Below are positions 49,373 through 59,365 of a stretch of DNA of 64,000 nt, in pieces; position 1 is the stretch's first letter, and every line of letters starts with the position of its first letter. The position numbers and the translations under genes are program-made. The notes under the pieces are model-generated. The model did no database searches. It was given only the letters and a program-made list of their open reading frames with translations, and was not told the origin of the DNA. Source of the DNA: a virus; the IMG/VR virus record IMGVR_UViG_3300009149_000012, positions 64,001 to 128,000 of that record. One strand, written 5' to 3'.

Positions 49373-49882
49373 CTAGTAAACGGAAATCGGGAAGTCTTCG
49401 GGAAACAACTCCGTGAGCTTGTCCAAGATGCGCTGATACATCGACTTGTCCCCTACGAGGCTTCCATCCCTCACCGACTTGTTGCCCAGGGCAATAAGCT
49501 CATCGGAGGGAGGACCAGTGTACACAGAAAAGATACCCGCATCAAACCCTTCCCGTGCCTTCTCAACGAGCCTCAGATAGTCGGTTCCTGAAACGGGTTT
49601 TTGCACTGAAGCCGAATCCGGACCGATCGCCGTAGCCACCATGGGAGTCGAAAAGTATCCGTCCATGATGTACGGAAGAATCTTGCTCCAATCCTCCCAC
49701 ATGATGACGACGTCGCCGTCATCGTGCTTGATCCTGACGAAGAAATCATCGTGGAAGGCTCCCTTGTCGATCCATGCGCGCTTGCGCAAAGCAGCCATGA
49801 GCGCAGAAGCAACAGCGGGGAGATCTGGCTTACGGAGTCGGTGCAGCCGACCGGGGCCGACCTGACGGAGACGAACGTCCAT
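49373..49882 (-). CDS. Hypothetical protein
   Basis: GAGG RBS; fills the gap after groEL. Confidence 0.55.
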   Translation of the reverse strand: MDVRLRQVGPGRLHRLRKPDLPAVASALMAALRKRAWIDKGAFHDDFFVRIKHDDGDVVIMWEDWSKILPYIMDGYFSTPMVATAIGPDSASVQKPVSGTDYLRLVEKAREGFDAGIFSVYTGPPSDELIALGNKSVRDGSLVGDKSMYQRILDKLTELFPEDFPISVY

Positions 49883-49905
49883 ACCTCAGTCAGGTGATAG
49901 GAAAA

Positions 49906-51489
<1,584 letters not shown>

Positions 51490-51846
51490 CTAAATCTCCC
51501 CTTTCTCCTGATAGCACTTCCGAATCTCTTCGGGGTCAATATCAGGGGGATCCTCGACTTCGTTTGCTTTGCGAACGACATCGCTCGTTGACAACTCGCT
51601 CGTTCGAGGCGCCCAGGCATTTGTTGGTGCTGGCTTCCCACGCACCTTGAGCCAACCCCAAGCATGGAAGGAAAGCAGACGCAAGTCTGGGTCGGCTCTC
51701 TCCCACACGACAGTTTCACCATCCAAAATAGCAGCCGACGCCGTCTCGGGATAGATCTCGTAGGACCAATCTTCCGGGAGGGCGTCTCGCACAGCCTGGA
51801 CCGTTTGATCGACGGTCCATAGGGTCATTTCTTGGAGTGTGGGCAC
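51490..51846 (-). CDS. Hypothetical protein
   Basis: ORF abutting the groEL start. Confidence 0.55.
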   Translation of the reverse strand: MPTLQEMTLWTVDQTVQAVRDALPEDWSYEIYPETASAAILDGETVVWERADPDLRLLSFHAWGWLKVRGKPAPTNAWAPRTSELSTSDVVRKANEVEDPPDIDPEEIRKCYQEKGEI

Positions 51847-52089
51847 CGGACGGATGATGATAGCCGGTGCCCCGGGGGGTGGTCAACCGCTTCCGTAATA
51901 GAAGCGATTCTCGGCTCGGAACACCTCGTTCCGAATCGCCGCCTGCACCATCTTGCGATGGGCCTTGCCCTGGATGCGGGGGGGATTGGCAGACGCCACC
52001 TTGTAGGTGATGACCACGGTGGGGACGGTCACGAGGCGGCGGGTGGTGTTGGTGTTCATGCCCCTTCTAAGGCACGAGCCTGGTACCGA

Positions 52090-52266
52090 TCAACTCTTTG
52101 ATCGATATTCGTCACGAAGTAGCGGGAGGGAGTAGCGAAACGATTGCTCGGCCATGGCGCTTCGGGACAGACCCTTGGCCTTGGCGGCGGCTTCCAACAG
52201 TTCCAAGGCTTCCTCACTCAGCGCGATGGAAAGCTTGACCTTCTTCTTTCGCTTCGGAGCTTTCAT
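52090..52266 (-). CDS. Ribbon-helix-helix (CopG-like) DNA-binding protein
   Basis: KLSIALSEEALELLEAAAKAKGLSRSAM. Confidence 0.7.
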   Translation of the reverse strand: MKAPKRKKKVKLSIALSEEALELLEAAAKAKGLSRSAMAEQSFRYSLPLLRDEYRSKS

Positions 52267-52351
52267 GGCGGAAAACAGAGGAGTCGAACCCCCAACCTTT
52301 CGGTCGCCCCGGTGTTCAAGACCGGTTGCCCACCACTGAGCAGTGTCTTCC
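52266..52351 (-). tRNA. tRNA-Ser(TGA)
   Basis: Cloverleaf with long V-arm; CCGGT-CT TGA AC-ACCGG; encoded CCA. Confidence 0.9.
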
Positions 52352-52355
52352 GTAG

Positions 52356-52438
52356 AGGAGAATAGAGGAGTCGAACCTCCGACCTTGCGGTCGCCCCAGT
52401 GTTCGAAACTGGTTGCCAGCCACCTAGCGGTATTCTCC
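52356..52438 (-). tRNA. tRNA-Ser(CGA)
   Basis: Paralogue of the adjacent Ser tRNA; CCAGT-TT CGA AC-ACTGG. Confidence 0.85.
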
Positions 52439-52460
52439 ATGGGCCTTGCGGCCCAACCCA

Positions 52461-53966
52461 TCACCAGTTCTTGCTAATGCGGTTCTTGGTGATGCGTTTC
52501 TTGACGGGATCCGAGTTTGTGCTTTCCGATTCAGGCGGGGAAACCTCGTAGACGGGCGTGTTGGCATCCGGCGTGTGGACTGCCGGGACCACGAACATCG
52601 AAGCCGCAGCATCCGAGTCGACCGCAAAGTCCTCCGAAAGCTGCTGTTGAGAAGCGTTGCAGGACACAACCCCAAGCTCCTGAAGGTCGGCAGAGGCATC
52701 CGAATCGGCCGAGAAGGTTCCGTAGCCTGCCGACATGCCCCGGCCCACGCTGCGCAGGTAGCCTTGGCCTTCGTTGAAGTTCTCGCTGGTTGCCATCCGT
52801 TGACCAAGACGCTGGCTCACGTTGGCGACCCCGACATGACCCCGGCGCTGGGCGCTTTCAGTGTGGACACGCATGATTGACTGCGCCTGGGCGAAGTTGC
52901 CGTTGTTGGCCTGTTCTTCGGCTTCAAGCTGCGCCTTGGCCGTTTGAGCCAAGACCACGATGGCGTCGACGTCCTTGGTCGGCAAGTCCTGCTGTTCGCC
53001 GTTCTTGACGAACCGGACCTTGGCTTTGATGTCTTCGTTGTGATCCAACTTTTTGCCGTCCTTGTCGAGGCAACTGTACTTGACGTTCACCTCGAAGGCG
53101 TTGACGGCACGAGGGAAAGCTTGCTTTTGCTCTTTGAACTTGATCAAGAACACGAGGTGACGCGTTTCCTCAGCGAGAAGGTCAGGCGTCTGGACACTCA
53201 CTTCGCCGGTCACTTCCTCTTCAACGTCGGCATCCGAGATGCACTCAACGATCTGGTGACCGTTGAGGGGTTTGACTTCCAACGTGACGTCGGTTGCGTA
53301 GGTCGACACCAGCCCGCCAAGCTCTTTGCCGAAGGCGGCGAGAGCCGAGTCAGGGTTCTCGATGTAGGCGTAGTTGCCCTTGCCCTCTTTGGACCACTCG
53401 GTCAGAAGCTTTTGGTCGCAGTCACGGGCGTTGCCGTAGCCGAAAGCGCTGACAGACACCCGACCTCGGTTGGCTTCCAAGAGCTTGAGCAGTTCAGGAG
53501 CGCGCTGAGCGACGCCGCAGTTGGCGTAGCCGTCCGTGAACATGATGGCCCGGTGGATGATGTCCGAGCCCAGGTCCATGGAGTTCATCAACTCGACGGC
53601 CTTCAGGAAGCCGCCAGAAAAGTTGGTGCTCCCGCCAGGGGTGAGCTTGTTGACTTCGGCCTTGAGCAGTTCCTTGGTCTGAGGCGTGATCTCGGTCGGG
53701 GGGTAGGACCGCACACGGTCATCAAACGCCACGAGCCCACAGTAGTCGCCTTCCTGAAGGTGGTCGATGAGCTTGAGGACGGAACGCTTGGCGTACTCCA
53801 TCTTGTTGCCCATGCCCATGCTGCCGGACACGTCCATGACCGGCATCACGAAGATGCGGGGCCGTTTGGCGGTCGCCGACGGGGCGGTGAGGCTGATCAC
53901 AAGGTGGGCGTCGGTGTCGACGTCATGACGGACTTGGTCAAATGTATGGCGAGCTTCAATCTTCAT
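52461..53966 (-). CDS. von Willebrand factor A domain protein
   Basis: MIDAS DVSGSM, GGSTN, FTDG, FGYG. Confidence 0.9.
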   Translation of the reverse strand: MKIEARHTFDQVRHDVDTDAHLVISLTAPSATAKRPRIFVMPVMDVSGSMGMGNKMEYAKRSVLKLIDHLQEGDYCGLVAFDDRVRSYPPTEITPQTKELLKAEVNKLTPGGSTNFSGGFLKAVELMNSMDLGSDIIHRAIMFTDGYANCGVAQRAPELLKLLEANRGRVSVSAFGYGNARDCDQKLLTEWSKEGKGNYAYIENPDSALAAFGKELGGLVSTYATDVTLEVKPLNGHQIVECISDADVEEEVTGEVSVQTPDLLAEETRHLVFLIKFKEQKQAFPRAVNAFEVNVKYSCLDKDGKKLDHNEDIKAKVRFVKNGEQQDLPTKDVDAIVVLAQTAKAQLEAEEQANNGNFAQAQSIMRVHTESAQRRGHVGVANVSQRLGQRMATSENFNEGQGYLRSVGRGMSAGYGTFSADSDASADLQELGVVSCNASQQQLSEDFAVDSDAAASMFVVPAVHTPDANTPVYEVSPPESESTNSDPVKKRITKNRISKNW

Positions 53967-54159
53967 GGGATTCCTCCGTACACGTTATCGGTCGGTGCCA
54001 TCAACGCAGAGCCGGACATGCTCCCATAATCAATGACGTGCCTTACGATCGTCCTCAGTGTCTCCAAAACCCTTTCGGGCGCGATTCACTGTACGGGGAC
54101 TCAACCTATGAAGGCGCATCCCCTTGCAGAAGCCATCCTCTCAAAGATGACTTTTGATG

Positions 54160-54417
54160 TCAAGCGTGTTTTTCACACCGCCACTGAAGTCGACCAAGAG
54201 AGTCTCGGCCGATGATCCGACGTGTCGCCGGTTCTCCACACAGAAACTTGAGTTTGCTAGACCGACACTTGTAAATCTTCACATGGCGCCTGCCCCGGGG
54301 CAGGCCCCCGGTTTGAGCGTAACCGCACACGAGGCACTTGGAGCACTGCCAGTAGCGATCTGGCTTTTCACCAAGCGGGATTCCTCGAAGGGGCTGCCAG
54401 TCATGTTCGCAATCCAT
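54160..54417 (-). CDS. Small Cys/His-rich protein
   Basis: CEHDW..CSKC..C..C..CEKH. Confidence 0.45.
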   Translation of the reverse strand: MDCEHDWQPLRGIPLGEKPDRYWQCSKCLVCGYAQTGGLPRGRRHVKIYKCRSSKLKFLCGEPATRRIIGRDSLGRLQWRCEKHA

Positions 54418-54436
54418 GCGGCCGACACTAGCACAG

Positions 54437-54523
54437 CGGAAGCAGGAGGTATCGATCCCCAAGCAGCGTGAGCCGCTCGTACACGTTTCCAACGTGTCCC
54501 GTACCCTGTACGGTTCAGCTTCC
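54437..54523 (-). tRNA. tRNA-Ser(GGA), atypical T-loop
   Basis: GGAAGC acceptor; ACACG-TT GGA AA-CGTGT; long V-arm; T-loop ATCGATA. Confidence 0.75.
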
Positions 54524-54784
54524 AGGCAGGGTCTCGTAGGTCGCCAATTGCTGGGACCACAAGACCCCTTCGATCCACCCAAGGGCTCCCGCTGCGGCGA
54601 GCGAGTTGCCTTCCCGGGCGATTCTCAAAACGTTCGGGATCATCCAGAGCACGTGGCACAGGACTTCCATCCGTTCCGGGATCTTGCCCGGGAGCGTGTA
54701 TTGCTTCGGAGTAGCACCCGCCTCTTGAAGCAAATCACGGTACTTCTCAAGAGCCCGCTCGAAATGAGGATCACTTGGTGCCAA
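54515..54784 (-). CDS. Hypothetical protein
   Basis: HVLWM...LGWIEGVLW motif. Confidence 0.55.
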   Translation of the reverse strand: MAPSDPHFERALEKYRDLLQEAGATPKQYTLPGKIPERMEVLCHVLWMIPNVLRIAREGNSLAAAGALGWIEGVLWSQQLATYETLPGS

Positions 54785-55286
54785 GGTACCACGTCCATTG
54801 CTCGGGAGCGTTGTTCATCGGGATGGGAGGCGGGGTGAGCGGCAGCGTCTTGGGCTGGACCGGCTTTTTCAGCAGCCGCATCCCTGCTTGCTGCGGCGTG
54901 CGACCCGCTTTGCGGTTGTTGCACGGGTAGCAACACGTCACGATGTTCGTCCACACAGTCTTCCCACCTTGGGAGCGAGGGATGACGTGGTCGTAGTTGA
55001 GCTTGCTCATCGTCGCCTTCGTTCCGCAATACTGGCAAACGAACTTGTCCCGGGTCATCACGTTGATCCGAGAGAACTTCACAGCCTTTTTGCGAGCCGA
55101 AACCGTCTTCGTGAGTCGAGCCACGGCGGGAATGCTCATCTCCACCGAAGGACTACGGACCGTTTCCTCATACTCTTCCAGCACCTCGATCTTGCCCATC
55201 CACAGCAAGCACACGGCTTGCTCCCAGGGTACGATCCGGTGAGGCTGGAAGCCTTGAGTCAGGATAAGTGTGTGGGATGAAGCCAT
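54771..55286 (-). CDS. HNH endonuclease (McrA-like)
   Basis: RDKFVCQYCG..DHVIPRSQGG..WTNIVTCCYPCNNRK. Confidence 0.9.
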   Translation of the reverse strand: MASSHTLILTQGFQPHRIVPWEQAVCLLWMGKIEVLEEYEETVRSPSVEMSIPAVARLTKTVSARKKAVKFSRINVMTRDKFVCQYCGTKATMSKLNYDHVIPRSQGGKTVWTNIVTCCYPCNNRKAGRTPQQAGMRLLKKPVQPKTLPLTPPPIPMNNAPEQWTWYLGTK

Positions 55287-55344
55287 GATAAGCCTACCGT
55301 TTCTTTTTCCGCATCATTCAGCCTTGTTTACACCGTGGAATTAG

Positions 55345-55701
55345 TGGAGTCGCCGGGAATCGAACCCGGGTCCGAAAAACATCGTTTCAATCCGTCTACG
55401 TGCGTAGCCCTTCTACCCTCGGGCGGGGTTTGCCGATCTTCCAACCGACATGGGGATTTTCATTGTCTTGATCGGGGGTTATCGACACGTCCCTCAATTT
55501 TGCCCCGAAGCATCCTGTGTGGGTTGACGTCGCCGGGGTACTCAGGACCCTTCCCGTTTGACGGACACTACGCTGCTGCGAGCATCAGGTTACCATTATC
55601 GTTGGCAATTGACGTTCCACCTGTTTGATCATGGCTGTTCAGGTGGCTCAGCCAGCACGCGAGATCGAACCTCCATCCTCCGTCGAAACCAAGTCGACCC
55701 C
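55345..55701 (-). ncRNA. ssrA: tmRNA, tag (A)ANDNGNLMLAAA
   Basis: 5' GGGGTCGA..TTCGAC; 3' GGTTCGATTCCCGGCGACTCCA; tag ORF 55606-55568 ending TAG. Confidence 0.93.
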
Positions 55702-55746
55702 AAATGAGTCAAGAGAAGTTACACCGAGTTGATGCACCCGGCAAGC

Positions 55747-55833
55747 TGGTAGGGGTGACAGGAGTCGAACCTGCACGCCACGAAGGGCACCTGAACTTAA
55801 ACCAGGCGTGTCTGCCAGTTTCACCACACCCCC
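55747..55833 (-). tRNA. tRNA-Leu(TAA)
   Basis: Canonical class II cloverleaf; CCA. Confidence 0.92.
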
Positions 55834-55834
55834 G

Positions 55835-56038
55835 TCAGACGCAGGCTTCCCCAGCCTGGGAGAGCCTCAAGACACTGTGAGGCACGTCGCACTGCAAGAC
55901 GTAGTCGAACCGAGTCGAGACCACGTAGTGCAGCAACCCCTTCTCGACCAAGGCATCCCGCACCCGCTTGGTGGGGAAGCGACCCTGCATGGTCTTGAAG
56001 TATTCGAGAGCGGCTCGTTGGGGGGTTGTGATCTTCAT
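55835..56038 (-). CDS. Small hypothetical protein
   Basis: GAGGG RBS; lies between tRNAs. Confidence 0.5.
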   Translation of the reverse strand: MKITTPQRAALEYFKTMQGRFPTKRVRDALVEKGLLHYVVSTRFDYVLQCDVPHSVLRLSQAGEACV

Positions 56039-56080
56039 GCACCCTCTAAGACAGCCGAGCCGCCTCAATCAACCGAAAGT

Positions 56081-56167
56081 TGGTGGCAACGGGGGGAGTC
56101 GAACCCCCACGCTCACATGGAGCACCTGGGTTTGAGCCAGGCGTGTCTGCCATTTCACCACGTTGCC
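56081..56167 (-). tRNA. tRNA-Leu(CAA)
   Basis: Canonical class II cloverleaf; CCA. Confidence 0.92.
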
Positions 56168-56171
56168 AAAA

Positions 56172-56340
56172 GCGAGAGCTAACAGGACGGAGCAGAGATG
56201 CTCGGGTAGGGGCGATGAAAATGGAGTAACCGACTTGATAGTGGAAGAACTGTCGGTGTTCCAGATTGAAGTTTTTCGCACACTTTCCCGATTTGCCGTG
56301 AGCGTCTTTCAACGCTTATTGTAGGTAGGTCTTCTCTCGC
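56172..56340 (-). ncRNA. Candidate structured RNA downstream of the DIP1984-like gene
   Basis: Closing stem GCGAGAG/CTCTCGC; internal AGCGTT-GAAA-GACGCT, CCGAC/GTCGG and GAGCA-TCTC-TGCTC. Confidence 0.55.
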
Positions 56341-56358
56341 CTCGTTTCCGCCCCCGGA

Positions 56359-56862
56359 TTACTCCGGGAGGGTTACGTTCATTTCGATTTCGGTCAGGTT
56401 GCCCTTGGCGATGGCGGCTCGAATGACCGCCGCTTCTTTCGCCGCCTGGTTGGCGAACTTCAAGGCTTGTGCCTGGGTGACCATGCGCTTGGCCCGGACC
56501 TCGTTGGGGTCACGGGTGAGCGTTTCGTCCCGGTAGCTGTAGCGGTCTTTCTTGACCCCGGCGACGCTTCGCCACATCTTCTCCAACCGACCCGCACCGC
56601 CGACGCTCTTGATCGCTTCGGTGAGGGTCATCGTGTCGGAGCCAACTTCAACACGAACCTGCATGTTGTAGTCGGTCTGCGCCGTCTGAAGCTTGGCGAC
56701 CATCACATCATACGCATGGAACTTGTCAGCGATCTGCTGAGGCGTTTCCTTGTCGTCATCCTCGAAGGCGTGAAGCGAGCCATCGAAAAGGGAAGCCGTC
56801 GTGTCTCGAACCATCACAGTTCGTTTGATTGCGTCTTTCAGAATGTGTCCGGTAACTTTCAT
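56359..56862 (-). CDS. DIP1984/DUF6847-like helical protein
   Basis: KLQ.AQ..YN..V.V....MTLTEAI and C-terminal I..AI..GN..EI pattern, recognised from memory. Confidence 0.6.
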   Translation of the reverse strand: MKVTGHILKDAIKRTVMVRDTTASLFDGSLHAFEDDDKETPQQIADKFHAYDVMVAKLQTAQTDYNMQVRVEVGSDTMTLTEAIKSVGGAGRLEKMWRSVAGVKKDRYSYRDETLTRDPNEVRAKRMVTQAQALKFANQAAKEAAVIRAAIAKGNLTEIEMNVTLPE

Positions 56863-56881
56863 GGTCGTCCTCTGATCTGAT

Positions 56882-57610
56882 CTACACCGACGGGTCAGTG
56901 TCGGCTGAATTTTCGGTCGTGAAAGAAGCGCCCGCCTGGTTCAAATGATGAGCTTGGGCCGACGTCAACGCAAATTCGGTGGGAATCCCATCCATAAGGG
57001 CGGCAGCGGCATGAAGCGGCACGTCAGGGAAAAGCTGGCGGTACGCTCGAAGGAAAGCGATCCGGTCTGACACCGAAGTGAGGGTGAGATTGAAACGTTC
57101 CTCTTGAATACCGACGGTCAGTTCCTGGTTATTCTCTTGGTAGGGCTCATCGGGTACCCCAGCCGTAGTCACAGACGGAAGAGCCTCCCGATACGGTGCA
57201 GGAGCAAGCCCAGAGAGCCTGCCAATACGGGGTGAGCGTCGAACAGGCGGGTGGTCGCCCTCTCGAAAGGGTGTCGGGGCCGAACCTCGAATCGGCTGCA
57301 CCATGGCTTCAGCAAGGTCTGCCATCGCTTGCGGGTCGTGTATGATCTGTTCGACAAGGCTCGGATCCATGATCGGAGCGCGAGGTTCCGTACGGGTCTC
57401 CGTGAAGGGAGGCGCAACGTCTCCGCTCATGACCAACCCCCGGGGCCTCACATCACTGATATCGCCCGAATACTGAATCGGCTCACCCGGTTGCCGGGGG
57501 TACCCAGGCGGCGCCAAGCTCGAATAGATCCGAGCACTTTGGTCACGGAGCTTGAGCGCTGCCTTGTCCTCGGCTTCCTGCACGAGTTGTATCAACCGCT
57601 GCTTGCTCAC
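56882..57610 (-). CDS. Hypothetical protein with an MCP-like motif and a C-terminal L7/L12-CTD-like domain
   Basis: LAEAMVQPIR; FNLTLTSV..RIAFLRAYR...L.QAGA. Confidence 0.55.
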   Translation of the reverse strand: MSKQRLIQLVQEAEDKAALKLRDQSARIYSSLAPPGYPRQPGEPIQYSGDISDVRPRGLVMSGDVAPPFTETRTEPRAPIMDPSLVEQIIHDPQAMADLAEAMVQPIRGSAPTPFREGDHPPVRRSPRIGRLSGLAPAPYREALPSVTTAGVPDEPYQENNQELTVGIQEERFNLTLTSVSDRIAFLRAYRQLFPDVPLHAAAALMDGIPTEFALTSAQAHHLNQAGASFTTENSADTDPSV

Positions 57611-58115
57611 GATGTAATTCCTTCCAGATCCACGTTGCCCAAATCTCTCGTCCCTTGAAGGTCGGGTGAAGTTGGTCCTCCCACATGGGAATGGTCACAG
57701 GCCTGGAATCAAGATACACCACGCCGGTTTCCAAGATGAGGTTGCGGACGTAGGTCGGACGGATCGACAAGGGAAGCTTGGGCATCCCCACCCACACGAG
57801 CCGTATGCCAGTTTGCCCCATCCGACGGTGGAACCGAGCCATGAAGGGCCCCGTCTGCACGTGAGGCTTCATGTAGGCGTCGTTGGCGCCGAGCACGATG
57901 ACGACCAACGTAGGCCGAAACCGGCGCAAAGGCGTCAGGTCTGCTGTCGACCACGAGATGATGCTGGTACCTGGCACCGTGTCAGATCCGAAGGCATGGC
58001 CCTCGGTGACCGCAAGCTTTCACAAGGGCTCCACGAGACCATGCGCCAGCGAATCACCCGTGAGCCAGATTCGGTCCCCCGGATGCACGAGCGCTGCGAG
58101 TAGCAACGGCCACAT
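57543..58115 (-). pseudogene. SGNH/GDSL hydrolase with an in-frame TGA at 58020-58022
   Basis: GDSL (block I) upstream of the stop; LGAND (block III) and DQLHP (block V) downstream in the same frame. Confidence 0.75.
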
Positions 58116-58285
58116 CAATAGCCGTCGCTCATGTAGCGTTTCCGCCATTGGGCGTAGTTGAGCCACTCGACGAGAATGCTTTCACATTCGGGGCAGTGCT
58201 CAACGTATCGCCGATGTTGGTGCCACACGTGCTTGCACTTGCAACACTTGAAGCGGGGTTTGATTTTCTTGCTAACTAATCCCAT
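58115..58285 (-). CDS. Small Zn-ribbon protein
   Basis: FKCCKCKHVW...CPECES; TGATG coupling to the next gene. Confidence 0.5.
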   Translation of the reverse strand: MGLVSKKIKPRFKCCKCKHVWHQHRRYVEHCPECESILVEWLNYAQWRKRYMSDGY

Positions 58286-58366
58286 GGTCCGCTGAGAAGG
58301 AATCGAACCTTAAGCTCTGGCACCTTATAAGGATGCTGCTGGCAAGCCCAGCCAGCGCCTCAGCGG
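58285..58366 (-). tRNA. Atypical tRNA with TAT anticodon (Ile?)
   Basis: CCGCTGAG/CTCAGCGG acceptor; 6-bp D-stem; GCATC-CT TAT AA-GGTGC; TTCGATT; ACCA. Confidence 0.7.
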
Positions 58367-58544
58367 GCAGCCTCAAGCTCTTCCACTATGATGAGCTTGT
58401 CCAGCCGCCGCCGACCCCGCCGAAGCCCCTTCTTCAGTCCCCATTGACACGGGTGACCGGGCTTGGAGTACCTTGCCAGGCTATGGGTTCCTGTGAGGCC
58501 ACGGTTGACGCGAGCTTGTTTGATGACGCGTCTTCCAGCACCCA

Positions 58545-58742
58545 TTACGAGGCCCCTTTCTGGCACTGTTTGCAGAGCGCCCTGTTGTCAGGGGCCGTGC
58601 CCCGGTAAACCTTTTTGTGGCCGCATTCCAACGTCAAGGTGAAGATGTCGATCCCCCGCCGCCAGTTGAGGGTCTTGGGGGTGACGGACATCGAGTCACG
58701 TTCCTTGGTGACCTTACAGTCGACGATCTTGCGATAAGGCAT
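58545..58742 (-). CDS. Small Zn-binding protein
   Basis: LECGH...CKQC; GGTGTA motif upstream. Confidence 0.5.
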   Translation of the reverse strand: MPYRKIVDCKVTKERDSMSVTPKTLNWRRGIDIFTLTLECGHKKVYRGTAPDNRALCKQCQKGAS

Positions 58743-58762
58743 GCGATGTCCTACACCGGGCC

Positions 58763-59077
58763 TCAATCCCCAATCAAATGGTCCCAAGTGGTCTTCAGAG
58801 ATTCGGGGGGCTCGGGAGGCTCGGGGGGTTCCAAGGGTTTGACTTCAACGTGAATGGTTCCGCCTGCATCGACGATGATCTTGATCCCACGTTGAGCCCA
58901 ACTCAAGGAAGGCTCAACGATAATGAGCTTCGGAAAGGGGCCTTCTGCGACCACCGCTGCCGCACGTGGTGACAGATTGAATGCATTGATCATGGCCGAC
59001 ACCATGCACTGGTTTGCCGGTGCCAAAGGGTACCGTGTCTGCGGCTCCCAACCATCGAGATAGACTTTGAGCGGCAT
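58763..59077 (-). CDS. Small protein, L7/L12-CTD-like
   Basis: AFNLSPRAA..V.EGP.P.I....S...A......DAGG pattern. Confidence 0.45.
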   Translation of the reverse strand: MPLKVYLDGWEPQTRYPLAPANQCMVSAMINAFNLSPRAAAVVAEGPFPKLIIVEPSLSWAQRGIKIIVDAGGTIHVEVKPLEPPEPPEPPESLKTTWDHLIGD

Positions 59078-59095
59078 GGGGTTGATTTACACCGG

Positions 59096-59169
59096 TACCC
59101 AGAGCGGGATTCGAACCCGCACCTGTACACGTTCTAAGCGTGTTGCCTCTGCCGTTGGGCTACCTGGGC
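59096..59169 (-). tRNA. tRNA-Leu(TAG) with short variable loop
   Basis: ACACG-CT TAG AA-CGTGT; ~5-nt V-loop; A73. Confidence 0.85.
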
Positions 59170-59183
59170 TCTTCTGAGAAATG

Positions 59184-59258
59184 TGGTGCACGGCGTGGGA
59201 ATCGAACCCACCTAAACTAGCATGTCGAGCTAGCGCTCTCCCAGAGAGCGAGCCGTGC
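59184..59258 (-). tRNA. tRNA-Val(GAC)
   Basis: CTAGC-TC GAC AT-GCTAG (C33); CCA. Confidence 0.8.
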
Positions 59259-59262
59259 GTAG

Positions 59263-59334
59263 TCGGGGTGACGAGAATCGAACTCGTCATCGCTTCTACC
59301 CGAAAGAAGTGGCCCACCCTGAGCCTTCACCCCG
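59263..59334 (-). tRNA. tRNA-Pro(CGG)
   Basis: CGGGGTG acceptor; CTTCT-TT CGG GT-AGAAG. Confidence 0.85.
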
Positions 59335-59365
59335 TATCTCAAAACATTGGAACCAGAGGAGAGAA

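Noticed and set aside
57543-58115. Genome-wide stop codon reassignment
   Set aside because: TGA, TAG and TAA all end conserved genes at expected positions, and no suppressor tRNA is seen
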